Source of the DNA: Neoconidiobolus thromboides FSU 785
Taxonomy: Eukaryota; Fungi; Entomophthoromycota
Direction: 5' to 3'
Assembly (NCBI GenBank): GCA_025603075.1
Contig: MU626379.1
Span: 1-63,433, forward strand
DNA length: 63,433 nucleotides
Shown here one piece after another: positions 25,985 to 38,022 of the stretch. Made by a program: the position numbers and the translations under genes. Below the pieces are notes generated by a model. It worked only from the letters and a program-made list of their open reading frames with translations. It was not told the DNA's origin and did no database searches. Numbering within the stretch: the first letter of the stretch is position 1; every line of letters starts with the position of its first letter.

Positions 25985-27663
25985 CTATTGAATAAAAGAT
26001 AATAACCAGACAAGTTTAAATTTGATCCATTTCAAAAAAAGATGATAAAATCTTAATAAAAATCTAGATCTGTAACCCTAATCAAATTATATCAAAAGCT
26101 TATAGTAACTATATTTTCAATTTAAATGATCTTATTTTTTAACTAAGTTTCAATTTTATTGTATATCTTCAATACTATTGTAATGTCAAGTTCATAAGTT
26201 GTCCAACTTTATTAGTGTATAAAAAACTAATAACTAAATGAAACTGATAAAGATCACCTAACTAACAATCTATTATCAAAAAATAATCATGTAGTTGACT
26301 AATTGTCCCTTCTCAATACAAATGAGTTATTTTATAATTTCAATATTTGTTATATTGCTATTATAAACACATAAACTTTGTTGAATTTTTTTTAGCTTTT
26401 TTGCATTATTAATGCAAATGATCAAAATTGCTATCTTTATTGATCAAGTTGGCTAGATTAATCTAATAGTTATCTTGGATGATAATAATTATATTATCTT
26501 TTTTAAATATATTGATTTGAGGATATAGTAATTTTTTTGTAACATTTGAAATACTAAGATACATTGATCGGAAACTATATTAGTTCTATTAATCATTTAA
26601 AAGGACAATAAAACCCTGATGCGGCTTTTAACAAAGAAAATGTATAAAGAATAATTAACAGAGGAAACAAGAGCCGAGAAATGGACTAAGTTTATTATGA
26701 TTTACTTGATTTCTTGTAAATTTTTATTGGAGAATAAATATTAAATTAAATTAACTCATCGTTGCTATTCTTTTCCGATCCTAATTTTTAAAATATATAC
26801 ATTATAGGAACTCAAATAATGAATTTAATGTTCATTGATTTTATTTATATACTCTAGTATTATATAAATGTTATTAATATAATAAAAGTAAGATAGTTGT
26901 TTATAAATAGACTTTTTGTTTATTTCAATTTTTTGATTTTTTTGATTTTGATAAATTGGGTATTATTTTATTTTTAAATTGATTTAAAAATAGAAAATGG
27001 AAGGTATATTTATAGTTTGAAGCTGCAAAATTAGAATGACTAAGGAGAAATTTAAGAAAAAAGTAAAATAAATAAATCAGAAATTGGGATTTTTCAAATA
27101 AAATGGGCAGAGTAATAAAACTTGAAGTCGATTAACAAATTAATCTAAAAATAGAAACTCAAGTTAACAACTCGATAAAAACATTGGCTCTATATTTTCA
27201 CCGTAATTTATTATGAAGTAAAGATTTCATAGATAAACCAATAATATAGTACTATAAAGTTCAAAGTACTTGGTCTATTTGTTCAATCTATTATTAGTTT
27301 TGGAACAATCAAAATTTATAAGAATAAGAGGTTCGCGGAAACTATAATAACTCCAAGGCCTGATTTTATATTTAAATTAACAAATAAAAGCAGATAGTTA
27401 CTATTATAAAATATATTTTTAAATACCCCTTTTTATATTGCAATTTATAATTAATTTATTAATTTAATTTCTTTTCAATTTTTATTGATTGTTTATCTTT
27501 CTTATTAATATTGATTAATTTGAAGAAAAATATTATTATCTATTATAGAGACGTCAAGTCTATCCATTTAGTTTTTATTGTATAATTTAATTTAATTTTT
27601 TATCTTATTGAAAAGAAATTGTGTAATTGTAAATAATTTTATTAAGCTTTAATTATTTCAAAG

Positions 27664-27715
27664 GTAGGCTAACTTGAGCTTTGATTGTAAACATGATATT
27701 AACTAATTTCTTTAG
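27664..27715 (+). other. Probable 5' UTR intron ending immediately before the chitin synthase ATG
   Basis: GTAGGC donor, ACTAAT branch-like motif and TTCTTTAG acceptor directly before the ATG at 27716. The 52-nt length matches other introns here, and the upstream frame is closed by TAA. Confidence 0.55.
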
Positions 27716-30700
27716 ATGGCTACTCATATGAAATCAAACATCAATGATATTCCATCCGAACGTAGTACTCCAGTTGAGGGCTCAAGGGATCAAGATTTAT
27801 CAAAAGCCAGTCAAAAAACTACTAATAGTATTGTACATACATTAGTAGAAAAATATAAATCCAAGAATCAAACGTATACTAAAGTTGGATCAAGAGTATT
27901 GCTCTCCATCAATCCATTGCATCTTAGTAACCCACTTCAAGGAGATTCCGTTCAAGCCGAGTATGTTGAAGACTTTGAAGACTTTTCTGGACGTCGTTCC
28001 ACTCAATTACCAGCTCATATTTATCAATTAGCTAATACTACTTATTTTCATTTACGTCGTTCAGCTATTGATCAATCTGTTATCTTTGTTGGTGATTCTG
28101 GTTCTGGAAAATCCAAAGCAAAAGAATTATTTGTATCCCAATTAGCTGCTTTGAGAAAAAGTTCTAAAAAAGAATCCAAGCTTTTTAAGCAACTTCTAAA
28201 TTCATACACTGTTATTAATTCGTTTGGTCAAGCAGCTACTAGTATCAATTCTCATGCTTCTAGATTTGGTCTTTATACTGAAATTCAATTTGATCATAAA
28301 GGTAGAGCTGTTGGATTTAAACATTTAGATTATCTTTTAGAAAGAAATCGTGTTTGCTTCCCTGGTTCTCAAGAATCGAATTTTTATGCCTTTTATCAAT
28401 TGCTTGCCGGTACTTCCGCTGATGAAAGAGCTCATTTTCATCTTATGCAAGAGTCATCTCATTACAATTATCTTCGTGGAACTCGAGTTCAAGTTTCTAA
28501 TTCTCAACTTAGTTCCGAATTTAAAGCCTTAAAAGCAGCTATGAGAACATTGGGTTTTAATCCTAAATTTCAGAGTCAAGTATTTCAACTCCTTGCTGCT
28601 ATCTTACATCTTGGTAATATTAATTTTGAGAATCCAGCTCATCATACTGGTGATGATGCTGCTTTAATTAAAAATACCGATGTACTTGATTTAGTTGCTG
28701 ATTTCCTTGGACTTCATCCAGGAACTTTAGAAGGTTTGCTTACTTATAAAACCAAGATTATTAAAAAGGAAGCATGTACTGTATTTTTAGATGCTGCTCA
28801 AGCTGTTGTTCAACGTGATGATTTAGCAAGATGTCTTTATTCATTACTCTTTTCTTGGGTAACTGAATTTATTAATACTCGTCTTTGTGTTAAAGAACAA
28901 GCTAATTTCCTTGGACTTCTTGATTTACCTGGTACTACTCAAATTAATTCAACAAATAATTTCCAACAATTTTGTGCTAATTACGCTAATGAACGACTTT
29001 ATAATTATATTTGTTACCATGTATTTGAAGCTTCAAATGACTCTTATCTTGAAGACCAAATTCAAATGCCAATTGTTGATTATTTTAGTAATCAACCAAC
29101 CGTTCAACTACTAAGTAAAAAAGCCACTGGTCTAGTTAATATCCTTCAACGTCAAGCTAATCGTTCTCGTGGACCCGCTACTGATGCAGCAGCACTTCAA
29201 GCTATGATTAAAGAACATGAAGATGAAAGTGCTGAAATTTTCCAAGCTAATCAAGCTATGGCTCAATTTACTGTTCGTCATTACTTTGGGGATGTGACCT
29301 ATTCTATCAATGGATTTATGGATAGTAACATGGGTGGTATTGCACCCGATTTTGTTCAAACGTTCCGTGGGTCTGGAGCAGTTACTGGAAATCCATTTGT
29401 TACTGGTTTATTTAGTAATGGTAGTCTTACTATTGAATCTCATCCAAAAGCTTCTGGTGCTATTGTTTCTGCTCAACAATCAGGCATGCCGCTTCGTCAA
29501 CCTTCAATGAAACGTGCTCGTGTTAAGGGCAATTTAACTGATGGTAAAATACCCTGTATGGCAAGTCAACTCCAAAATGCTATGGATGAATTATTTGATA
29601 CTTTTGATAACGCAGAAACTTGGTTTGTTATTTGTATGTCACCTGGTCCACATCATATTGATTCTGAAACCATTCGTGAACAGTTGGTTCGATACAGTGT
29701 TGATATTATGGCTGAAAGAAAAAGTCTCGAGTACACTGCTTGTTATCAACATGATGAATTTATATCTCGTTACCAAAATGTTTTAGAACCCATGGGTGTT
29801 GATTTAACAAGATCTGCTGATCAATCTATTGAAGCTGTTCGTACTATATTTGGTTGGAATTATGATCGTTTAGCTATTGGATCTCAATTTGTTTACCTTT
29901 CAGATGAAGCATGGAGGGATCTTGAAGATAATTTAAGAGCTATTGAACATGGTCAAAATCCTTTAGGTATGGGTGGAGATGATCGTGGTTCACTTTATAG
30001 TGAAGCCGATAGTAACTTTGATAATGAATCTATTGCAACTGCAGATCAATATGGTGATTTTGATTTAACTCGCGCTGCTAATGAATTGAATAATGAAAAA
30101 GGAAACTTGATTGAAGAAGAAGAAGAAGATACTAAGATTCCAAAAACTAAAACCCGTAAAGCATGGATTTGTTGTACATGGGCTTTAACTTGGTGGATTC
30201 CATCCTCTTTCCTTTCATGCTGTGGTAGAATGAAATTAAAAGAGGTTAGATTTGCATGGAGAGAAAAAGTAGCGCTTTGTATTATTATTATGTTCTTTTG
30301 TTTATTTGTAGTGGCCTTTATTGCTTTGTTTAATCCTTTGATTTGTCCAACTAGAGCAATTTACGGTTTAGGGGATATCGCTGTAGACCAAGATAAAGGG
30401 ATAAAAGAAAAGGCTTTGGTTGTTTTACGTGGTAAAGTATACGATTTGAGAAAAGTGAGAACATTTAAAGATGGTACTCATGGAAATAAACCTGTTGATA
30501 AAATTCTTGATCAAGTTGCTGGTAACGATATGTCTGATTTATTCCCAATGCAAATCAGTGCATTGTGTAATAAAATCGATGGTACTGAAATCAGTCCTCA
30601 AGTTGTGTTTGGAAATATGACACCTTGGGATCTCCCTCCTCCACATGACAATAGGTATTTTAGACGATCAGATGATGATGATAATCGGTATCAGAAGTTT

Positions 30701-33160
30701 GACAATGCTTTAATAACCATGTTGAAACCAGGGTTTTTGGGGGATATGGCCTATTCTGCTGAAGATATAGAAAAAAATTTCGATAGAAAAAAGTTCTTTG
30801 TTTATAAAGATAAAGATAAAGGCACTGAAAAGATTTACAGTCTACAGCAATATGCAAACACATATATAAAAGCACCAGGAGGCGAAGCACGAGATTCAAT
30901 GACTGAAACGGAATTCCTTCCAAATGAGTTCATTAATGGCTTTATCCCTAAATTAAGAGGAACAGAAGATTCTAATCAATTTAATACCAAGGTAGTGCCT
31001 GATAGACAAGAAAGGCAGCGATTGATAAGATGCCTTGATAATTTGTTTTACGCAGGTGTTATTGATGATCGTAAATCTTTCCAATGTCTTTTTGCGCAAT
31101 ATCTCTTACTAGCTGTATCTGTTTTCTTGTTTGCCATTCTTTTTATTAAATTTTTGGCCTCATTACAATTGGGATCACATCCGGAGCCAGAAGATCATGA
31201 TAAATTTGTTATTTGTAACGTACCATGTTATACCGAAGGTGAAGAATCTCTAAGGCTCACAATTGATTCATTGGCTGCACTAAAGTATGATGATAAGCGT
31301 AAATTATTATTTATTATTCCAGATGGTATGGTTATTGGTGGTGGTAATGATCTCCCAACTCCAAGAATTGTACTCAATCTCCTTGGTGCAGACCCTAATG
31401 AAGAAGAAAGTGAGCCATTATCTTTCATTTCTTTAGGTGAAGGTAGTAAGCAACATAATATGGGTAAAGTTTACACTGGGTTATATGAATGCAAAGGGCA
31501 TGTTGTTCCTTATATTGTCGTTGTTAAAGTAGGAAAACCAACCGAACGTTCTAAACCAGGCAATCGTGGTAAACGTGATTCCCAAATGGTCTTAATGAAG
31601 TTCTTTAACAAAGTACATTATGATTACCCTATGGTTCCTCTTGAGTTAGAAATGTATCATCAAATCAAGAATGTAATTGGTGTTGATCCTCATTTCTATG
31701 AATTCGTATTAATGGTGGACGCTGATACTATGGTTATGCCTGATTCTCTTAATAGACTTGTAGCAGCTATGTTACATGATACCAAAGTCATGGGTATTTG
31801 TGGTGAAACTGCATTATTAAATGAAACTGACACTTGGGCTACTATGATTCAAGTATATGAATACTATATGTCCCATTATTTGGCTAAATCATTTGAATCT
31901 TTATTTGGTTCTGTTACTTGTTTACCAGGTTGTTTCTCCATGTATCGTCTTCGTTCTGCTGATGGCACCAAACCATTGTTAGTAAACAATGTAATTATCA
32001 AAGACTATTCTGAGAACGTTGTTGAAACTTTACACATGAAAAATTTACTTCATTTAGGTGAAGATCGTTATCTTACAACCCTTATGTTGAAGCACTTCCC
32101 ATTCTTTAAGATGACCTTTACACCCGACGCTAAGTGCTTAACTAATGCACCTGATACTTTCTCAGTTCTTTTATCACAAAGAAGAAGATGGATTAACTCT
32201 ACTGTTCATAATCTTATGGAACTTGTTTTCTTACCTAGATTATGTGGTTTCTGTTGTTTCTCTATGAGATTTGTTGTCTTTATGGATTTATTCTCTACCC
32301 TTGTCATGCCTGCCACTTTATTATATCTTGGTTACATTATCTACAGACTTATTGTCGATGATAGTAAATTGATTGGTGCTCTTTCTATTCTGTTCTTAGT
32401 TGCACCCTATGCACTACAAATGCTTGTCTTCTTACTTCGTCGTCAATGGAATCAAATAGGATGGATGATGATCTACTTATGCGCTCTTCCAGTCTTTGCC
32501 TTCTTTATTCCAATTTATTCTTTCTGGCATTTTGATGATTTCTCATGGGGTAATACTCGTGTTGTATTAGGTGATGGTGGTAAAAAGAAGAAAGTTGCAG
32601 CCGTTGAAGATGTCAAATTCGACCCAAGTTCTATTCCAACTCGTAAATGGGATGAATATGAAAGAGATCTTTTAGAAGCTCAAACTGAAAAATCATCAAC
32701 ACACGAACCATCCATTAGGTCTCACTCACCAATGTCACAAGCACCAGAGAAAGGATTATATCCCTCAAATGCTTATTTGAATACCCAGATGCCACAGCCA
32801 CATTTAAGCACTGAATCTTACCAAAGACAATCTGCTTTTAGACCACAATCACAAATGTCCTTAGCACATGCAGCACCACCACAATACATTCCAATGGGTA
32901 ATATTGCATCACGTAATCCTTCTCCACTACCACAAGGTTTACATCCTGCCTTACCACAATACCACCAATTACCTAATTACCCAACCGAACACCAAGTCAT
33001 TGATGGTATCAAGCAAATATTATCTGGAGTAGATCTTATGCAAGTCACTAAACGTCAGCTCAGAGAACGTTTAGATAGCATGTTCCAGCTCGACATTAGC
33101 AAGAGCAACAAAGAATTTGTTAATCGCGCTATTGAACTCATCCTTCAAGATGACCTTTAA
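27716..33160 (+). CDS. Chitin synthase with N-terminal myosin motor-like domain (class V type), 1814 aa, no coding introns
   Basis: P-loop GDSGSGKS and myosin-like head, cytochrome b5-like segment, CS2 motifs (DADT, CLPGCFSMYR, LGEDRYLT, QRRRW), C-terminal TM helices and a DEK_C-like tail. Confidence 0.97.
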   Translation: MATHMKSNINDIPSERSTPVEGSRDQDLSKASQKTTNSIVHTLVEKYKSKNQTYTKVGSRVLLSINPLHLSNPLQGDSVQAEYVEDFEDFSGRRSTQLPAHIYQLANTTYFHLRRSAIDQSVIFVGDSGSGKSKAKELFVSQLAALRKSSKKESKLFKQLLNSYTVINSFGQAATSINSHASRFGLYTEIQFDHKGRAVGFKHLDYLLERNRVCFPGSQESNFYAFYQLLAGTSADERAHFHLMQESSHYNYLRGTRVQVSNSQLSSEFKALKAAMRTLGFNPKFQSQVFQLLAAILHLGNINFENPAHHTGDDAALIKNTDVLDLVADFLGLHPGTLEGLLTYKTKIIKKEACTVFLDAAQAVVQRDDLARCLYSLLFSWVTEFINTRLCVKEQANFLGLLDLPGTTQINSTNNFQQFCANYANERLYNYICYHVFEASNDSYLEDQIQMPIVDYFSNQPTVQLLSKKATGLVNILQRQANRSRGPATDAAALQAMIKEHEDESAEIFQANQAMAQFTVRHYFGDVTYSINGFMDSNMGGIAPDFVQTFRGSGAVTGNPFVTGLFSNGSLTIESHPKASGAIVSAQQSGMPLRQPSMKRARVKGNLTDGKIPCMASQLQNAMDELFDTFDNAETWFVICMSPGPHHIDSETIREQLVRYSVDIMAERKSLEYTACYQHDEFISRYQNVLEPMGVDLTRSADQSIEAVRTIFGWNYDRLAIGSQFVYLSDEAWRDLEDNLRAIEHGQNPLGMGGDDRGSLYSEADSNFDNESIATADQYGDFDLTRAANELNNEKGNLIEEEEEDTKIPKTKTRKAWICCTWALTWWIPSSFLSCCGRMKLKEVRFAWREKVALCIIIMFFCLFVVAFIALFNPLICPTRAIYGLGDIAVDQDKGIKEKALVVLRGKVYDLRKVRTFKDGTHGNKPVDKILDQVAGNDMSDLFPMQISALCNKIDGTEISPQVVFGNMTPWDLPPPHDNRYFRRSDDDDNRYQKFDNALITMLKPGFLGDMAYSAEDIEKNFDRKKFFVYKDKDKGTEKIYSLQQYANTYIKAPGGEARDSMTETEFLPNEFINGFIPKLRGTEDSNQFNTKVVPDRQERQRLIRCLDNLFYAGVIDDRKSFQCLFAQYLLLAVSVFLFAILFIKFLASLQLGSHPEPEDHDKFVICNVPCYTEGEESLRLTIDSLAALKYDDKRKLLFIIPDGMVIGGGNDLPTPRIVLNLLGADPNEEESEPLSFISLGEGSKQHNMGKVYTGLYECKGHVVPYIVVVKVGKPTERSKPGNRGKRDSQMVLMKFFNKVHYDYPMVPLELEMYHQIKNVIGVDPHFYEFVLMVDADTMVMPDSLNRLVAAMLHDTKVMGICGETALLNETDTWATMIQVYEYYMSHYLAKSFESLFGSVTCLPGCFSMYRLRSADGTKPLLVNNVIIKDYSENVVETLHMKNLLHLGEDRYLTTLMLKHFPFFKMTFTPDAKCLTNAPDTFSVLLSQRRRWINSTVHNLMELVFLPRLCGFCCFSMRFVVFMDLFSTLVMPATLLYLGYIIYRLIVDDSKLIGALSILFLVAPYALQMLVFLLRRQWNQIGWMMIYLCALPVFAFFIPIYSFWHFDDFSWGNTRVVLGDGGKKKKVAAVEDVKFDPSSIPTRKWDEYERDLLEAQTEKSSTHEPSIRSHSPMSQAPEKGLYPSNAYLNTQMPQPHLSTESYQRQSAFRPQSQMSLAHAAPPQYIPMGNIASRNPSPLPQGLHPALPQYHQLPNYPTEHQVIDGIKQILSGVDLMQVTKRQLRERLDSMFQLDISKSNKEFVNRAIELILQDDL

Positions 33161-33450
33161 TTAAATAATTCATTTTGTATAACTAAATCATAACCATTGA
33201 ATTCTATTCTCTTTAATCCTTAATTTTTAAATAAAATTACCTTTATGTAACTATTTTTATTGAGCAAATTATAATTTATTATATCTAAGCTATAATTTAT
33301 TACATCTAAACTATATCAAAGCTGGTTAATAAATGATATATTATAACATCTACATTATCATCTCATCCTTAGATTTAAAAACTTCACAAGATATTATTGG
33401 TTTATGGTCAAATTATAAACACACATCAAAAATTAACCTAATTATTTTTT

Positions 33451-34275
<825 letters not shown>

Positions 34276-34494
34276 TATCATATAATAAATTACATGAATT
34301 AATTTAATCCTTAAAGGCATAGTAGCTGTTTTAATAAATATTTTAATCCTAAAATCAATAGTTTTTGACAATCTACATTTCATTTGCTTTTTTAATCATC
34401 ATATAGTTTAAACTTCATGTTTGTGATTAGACAAATAAAAGTTTTGTCTTTAACTATGAATAAATTGATACAAATTAATAGTAGATTATTGATT

Positions 34495-34595
34495 ACATGG
34501 GAATGTATTTTTATATTTAAGAATTTTACTAATTTTTCCACTCAAATAGTGCTTGAAAGATAGAAAAAGTGAAGCCAAAAAAAAAATCCTCATAT
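34495..34595 (-). mobile_element. MITE-like element, copy 9
   Basis: ACATGGGAATGTATTTT...TTCCACTCAAATAGTGCTTG...GAAGCCAAAAAAAAAATCCTCATAT. Confidence 0.8.
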
Positions 34596-34730
34596 GATTG
34601 ATTATTTTCAAATTGATTTAATTTTTTAACAATAACTCAACAATCTTGTTCGAGAATAGATTAGACTAAAATCAAAAAGATTATACAACTGGTATTTAGC
34701 AAAATATATGATACAATAAAAGCTTTTTAT

Positions 34731-35894
34731 TTATGCTGAACCATTGAAGAGTAAATAATTTTTGGTATCAGAATTGAATCCGGAGATAACATTTTTGGTA
34801 GAAATATTTTGAATATAGGCCTTGATTTGTGGAATGGTATATGAGCTACTAGAATACAATGTAGCTGCGAAACCGGCAACATGAGGAGTAGCCATAGAAG
34901 TTCCAGAAATGGTATTAGTACCACCATTATTCCAGGTTGATAATACATTGACACCTGGTGCAATCATATCAACACATTTTCCATAATTAGAAAATGAAGC
35001 TTTTCTATCATTTACATCGGAAGCAGCAATAGTAAAAGAAGTCTCAGCAGAAGCTGGGGATACATTACAAGCATCTGAGTTATCATTCATGGCTGCAATA
35101 ACAGATAGTACACCTTTACTGGTAGCAGCATCAACAGCATTATTAACAGAATCAGTCTTACCGCCGCCTAAACTTGCAGAAATAATATTTCCTTTAGTAC
35201 CACGAAGATCTCCAGCTACCCAGTTAAACCCAGCAATGATTGAGCTCCATGAGCCACTAGAGTTTTTGTCCAATACTTTAACAGCAACAATATTTACTTT
35301 TTTAGCTACCCCATAAGTACGCGAACCCACGGTACCAGCACAATGAGTACCATGTCCATTTTCATCACTATTAGGGCTCCCATTAACAAAATTGGCTCCC
35401 CATACGGCTCTCCCTTCAAATTCTGGATGACCAACGGCAACACCAGTGTCAACAACATAAACCACTACACCTTTGCCATCAGCTGAATAAGTATAAGTAG
35501 ACTTATTATTAAATTGTCTTTGAGAAATACGAGCTAAGCCCCAGGGAGCATTATTTTGAACAGTTTGACCATGAGCTTTACCATCACTTTCAATAAAATC
35601 AACTTCTGCTAAGTTACGCACTTTATCTAATACGTCTTTAGAGAATTTAGCATGATACATGTTTCCAATGTGTTGGTATACTTGGATAATTTCATTACCA
35701 TTGTTACGGTCGTTAAATAAAGATTTAACTGATTGAATGTGTGCGTCCAATGTAGTACGGGTACCTTTTTTTAAATTAATAATGTATTCCCCTTCTATAG
35801 TATCTTTTACAATTTTAAGTGGTGCAATGTCACTATAGACCAAAGAAAGTAAATTGGAAGCAACGAATATTAATGCTGTGATTCTCATTTTCAT
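34731..35894 (-). CDS. Secreted subtilisin (S8A, proteinase K type) with I9 propeptide, single exon
   Basis: Signal peptide, propeptide, APWGLARIS, VVDTG (Asp), NGHGTHCAG (His) and GTSMATPHVAG (Ser). AAMN replaces AAGN. Confidence 0.97.
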   Translation of the reverse strand: MKMRITALIFVASNLLSLVYSDIAPLKIVKDTIEGEYIINLKKGTRTTLDAHIQSVKSLFNDRNNGNEIIQVYQHIGNMYHAKFSKDVLDKVRNLAEVDFIESDGKAHGQTVQNNAPWGLARISQRQFNNKSTYTYSADGKGVVVYVVDTGVAVGHPEFEGRAVWGANFVNGSPNSDENGHGTHCAGTVGSRTYGVAKKVNIVAVKVLDKNSSGSWSSIIAGFNWVAGDLRGTKGNIISASLGGGKTDSVNNAVDAATSKGVLSVIAAMNDNSDACNVSPASAETSFTIAASDVNDRKASFSNYGKCVDMIAPGVNVLSTWNNGGTNTISGTSMATPHVAGFAATLYSSSSYTIPQIKAYIQNISTKNVISGFNSDTKNYLLFNGSA

Positions 35895-38022
35895 TTTTAT
35901 TATTTTTAGTTGTTTATTTTTGATTTTTATACTGCTATATTTCTTTCATTATATATTTTACTACTATTTTATTACTTTTTTTATATTGCAGGTGATTTTG
36001 ACTTTATCATTTGAAAAGTCATTAATATTTAAGATTTTTTGCCATATTTAATTATGCATCTATTTATTTACTATTACCCATTCTAGTTTACTAACTAAAT
36101 AATTCGTTTTTATCATATCATAGTATTTTATTAACGTGTATAATACAATTGTAAAAATTAGCACATGTATTCTTAACCACAATTTTATGTGCTGTATACT
36201 ATTGTTTTCTCTTAAAATATTTAAAAAGGTGTTTTTTTAGAAGCCAGTAATAAATCTGAAGTTTTGTATCAATTATATTCTAACAAAGAGTTATTATTTA
36301 TTCTGCTTTTAAAGTCCATATATTATCTTTATTATGAGTAGTTTTTAGAATGTTTCTTTATAGTCACATTTTTGATTTACTACAAAATAGTTATAAATAT
36401 AGAAAAAAGATAAATATTTAGCGAGCATTCAGTTATTTTTTAATATAAACTATTGCAAATGAACCATTATATCATAACTTATCCCCAGCAATTTATCATT
36501 TTCTATTATTTTATTTAAATATATTCTACTCTCCTGTTAGGGTTAAGTTCATTTCAATACATTTATTTAATTGATAATAAAATTTAAAAAACCATACCCA
36601 GGCATTAGGTTGGAGTGACTTATTAAAGGGAGGCCTTTAGAAATTTGCTAATAAGTAAATAATCAGTTATTTTATTTAGTAGTTTTATTTTGTCAATTAA
36701 TAGGCTTTAAATATAAGCTTTAAATAATTAAAGCGCAAACATGCTATTGGATTTTTTTATAAAGATACCTTTGATATGAACAATCATAGCAGATTAATTT
36801 ATTAAATTAGATCTAGTTATTCCGTAGTGTGTTATTTGTAAGATACAATAGCTAATAAGATCATGGTCAAATTAAGATATCATCATGTATTATAATAATA
36901 GTTATGTGCAAATGTCCCATTTACCATTTTTTCCTCTGTAGTAATAGTTGTTAACCAGTATAAACACAAAAAATATAATTACAACCCTTAATATTATTGA
37001 ATCACATGCTATAGAGTCTAAACCTCCGCATGATTCCAATAGTTCAATAGTCCAAAATCGACAGGAATACTTGAACTCCCTAAAAGTAGCGGAAATTCCA
37101 TTTATAAAGTAAAAAGAACAACTTCCTGTATATTATTAACTGGTGTTTTATTGATTTTTATACTATTACTTATTTGGTTTTATGTTGACTCAGTTTTAAT
37201 ATTGGGTATTTTAATTTAATGGTGTTTGTAAACAGCTTTTGCGCATTTTTGTGCAAGTTTTTATTAAGTTAATGCTACTTCTAAATTAATAAAAAGTAAT
37301 TTAAGCCAAAAAGTTAGTCTAAAATCGATTTTAAATTTTACCTTATCTTCTTGTGTAACCAAAAATTAAACTACTAAATTGAAATAAAACAGGATATTAA
37401 ACTATGGCTAGAAATTAGATCAGTATTCTATTGTTTTTTTAAACCTTTAGTATTAAAGTCTATCCCTAAAAATGATATATTTCTATTTCTATTCCTATTC
37501 CTATTTTTATATAACAAACATCTGAACTAAATCGCGCTCATACTAGACTTTACCAAAATATCTTAAAGTCTGTTTATTTGTTATCAATAAGCGTGATAGT
37601 CATAAAATAATATAAGAAATCGCAAAAATGAAATAATTCAAAGAATAAAACTTTCATTTGATTAACAATTTATCTCACTATGGAGCCTTATTAAGTTAAA
37701 AACTAGTAAATATGTAAAATAGCACAAAAATGCTTTAATTTTATTTAGCAACTTTCTACGGTTTAAATAATAATAAACTATAGCCTTCTCACCTGACAAA
37801 GCTTATAGAGAGTAAGCTAACTAAATGAAACACCTGAAGCTAAGTATATCCTATTCGACTATTAAATAAAAATAAGGATAAGTAATAAATGGTACTATGA
37901 TGACATGTAATATTTGAAAACAAAGGTACATTATTTAAGAACTATTTGGTTATGGCAATATAAGGTATATATATCACATAAGAAAATCGGAATTCATTAA
38001 ACATCAATAAAATCTATTAACT

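Noticed and set aside
24979-27716. Expected head-to-head class VII chitin synthase partner upstream of the class V gene
   Set aside because: That arrangement is known from filamentous ascomycetes. The upstream gene here is the Ste24-like gene and no chitin synthase remnant is seen.
36905-37130. ~75-codon open stretch on the minus strand between the subtilisins
   Set aside because: No start codon and no in-frame upstream exon found, and no motif recognised.
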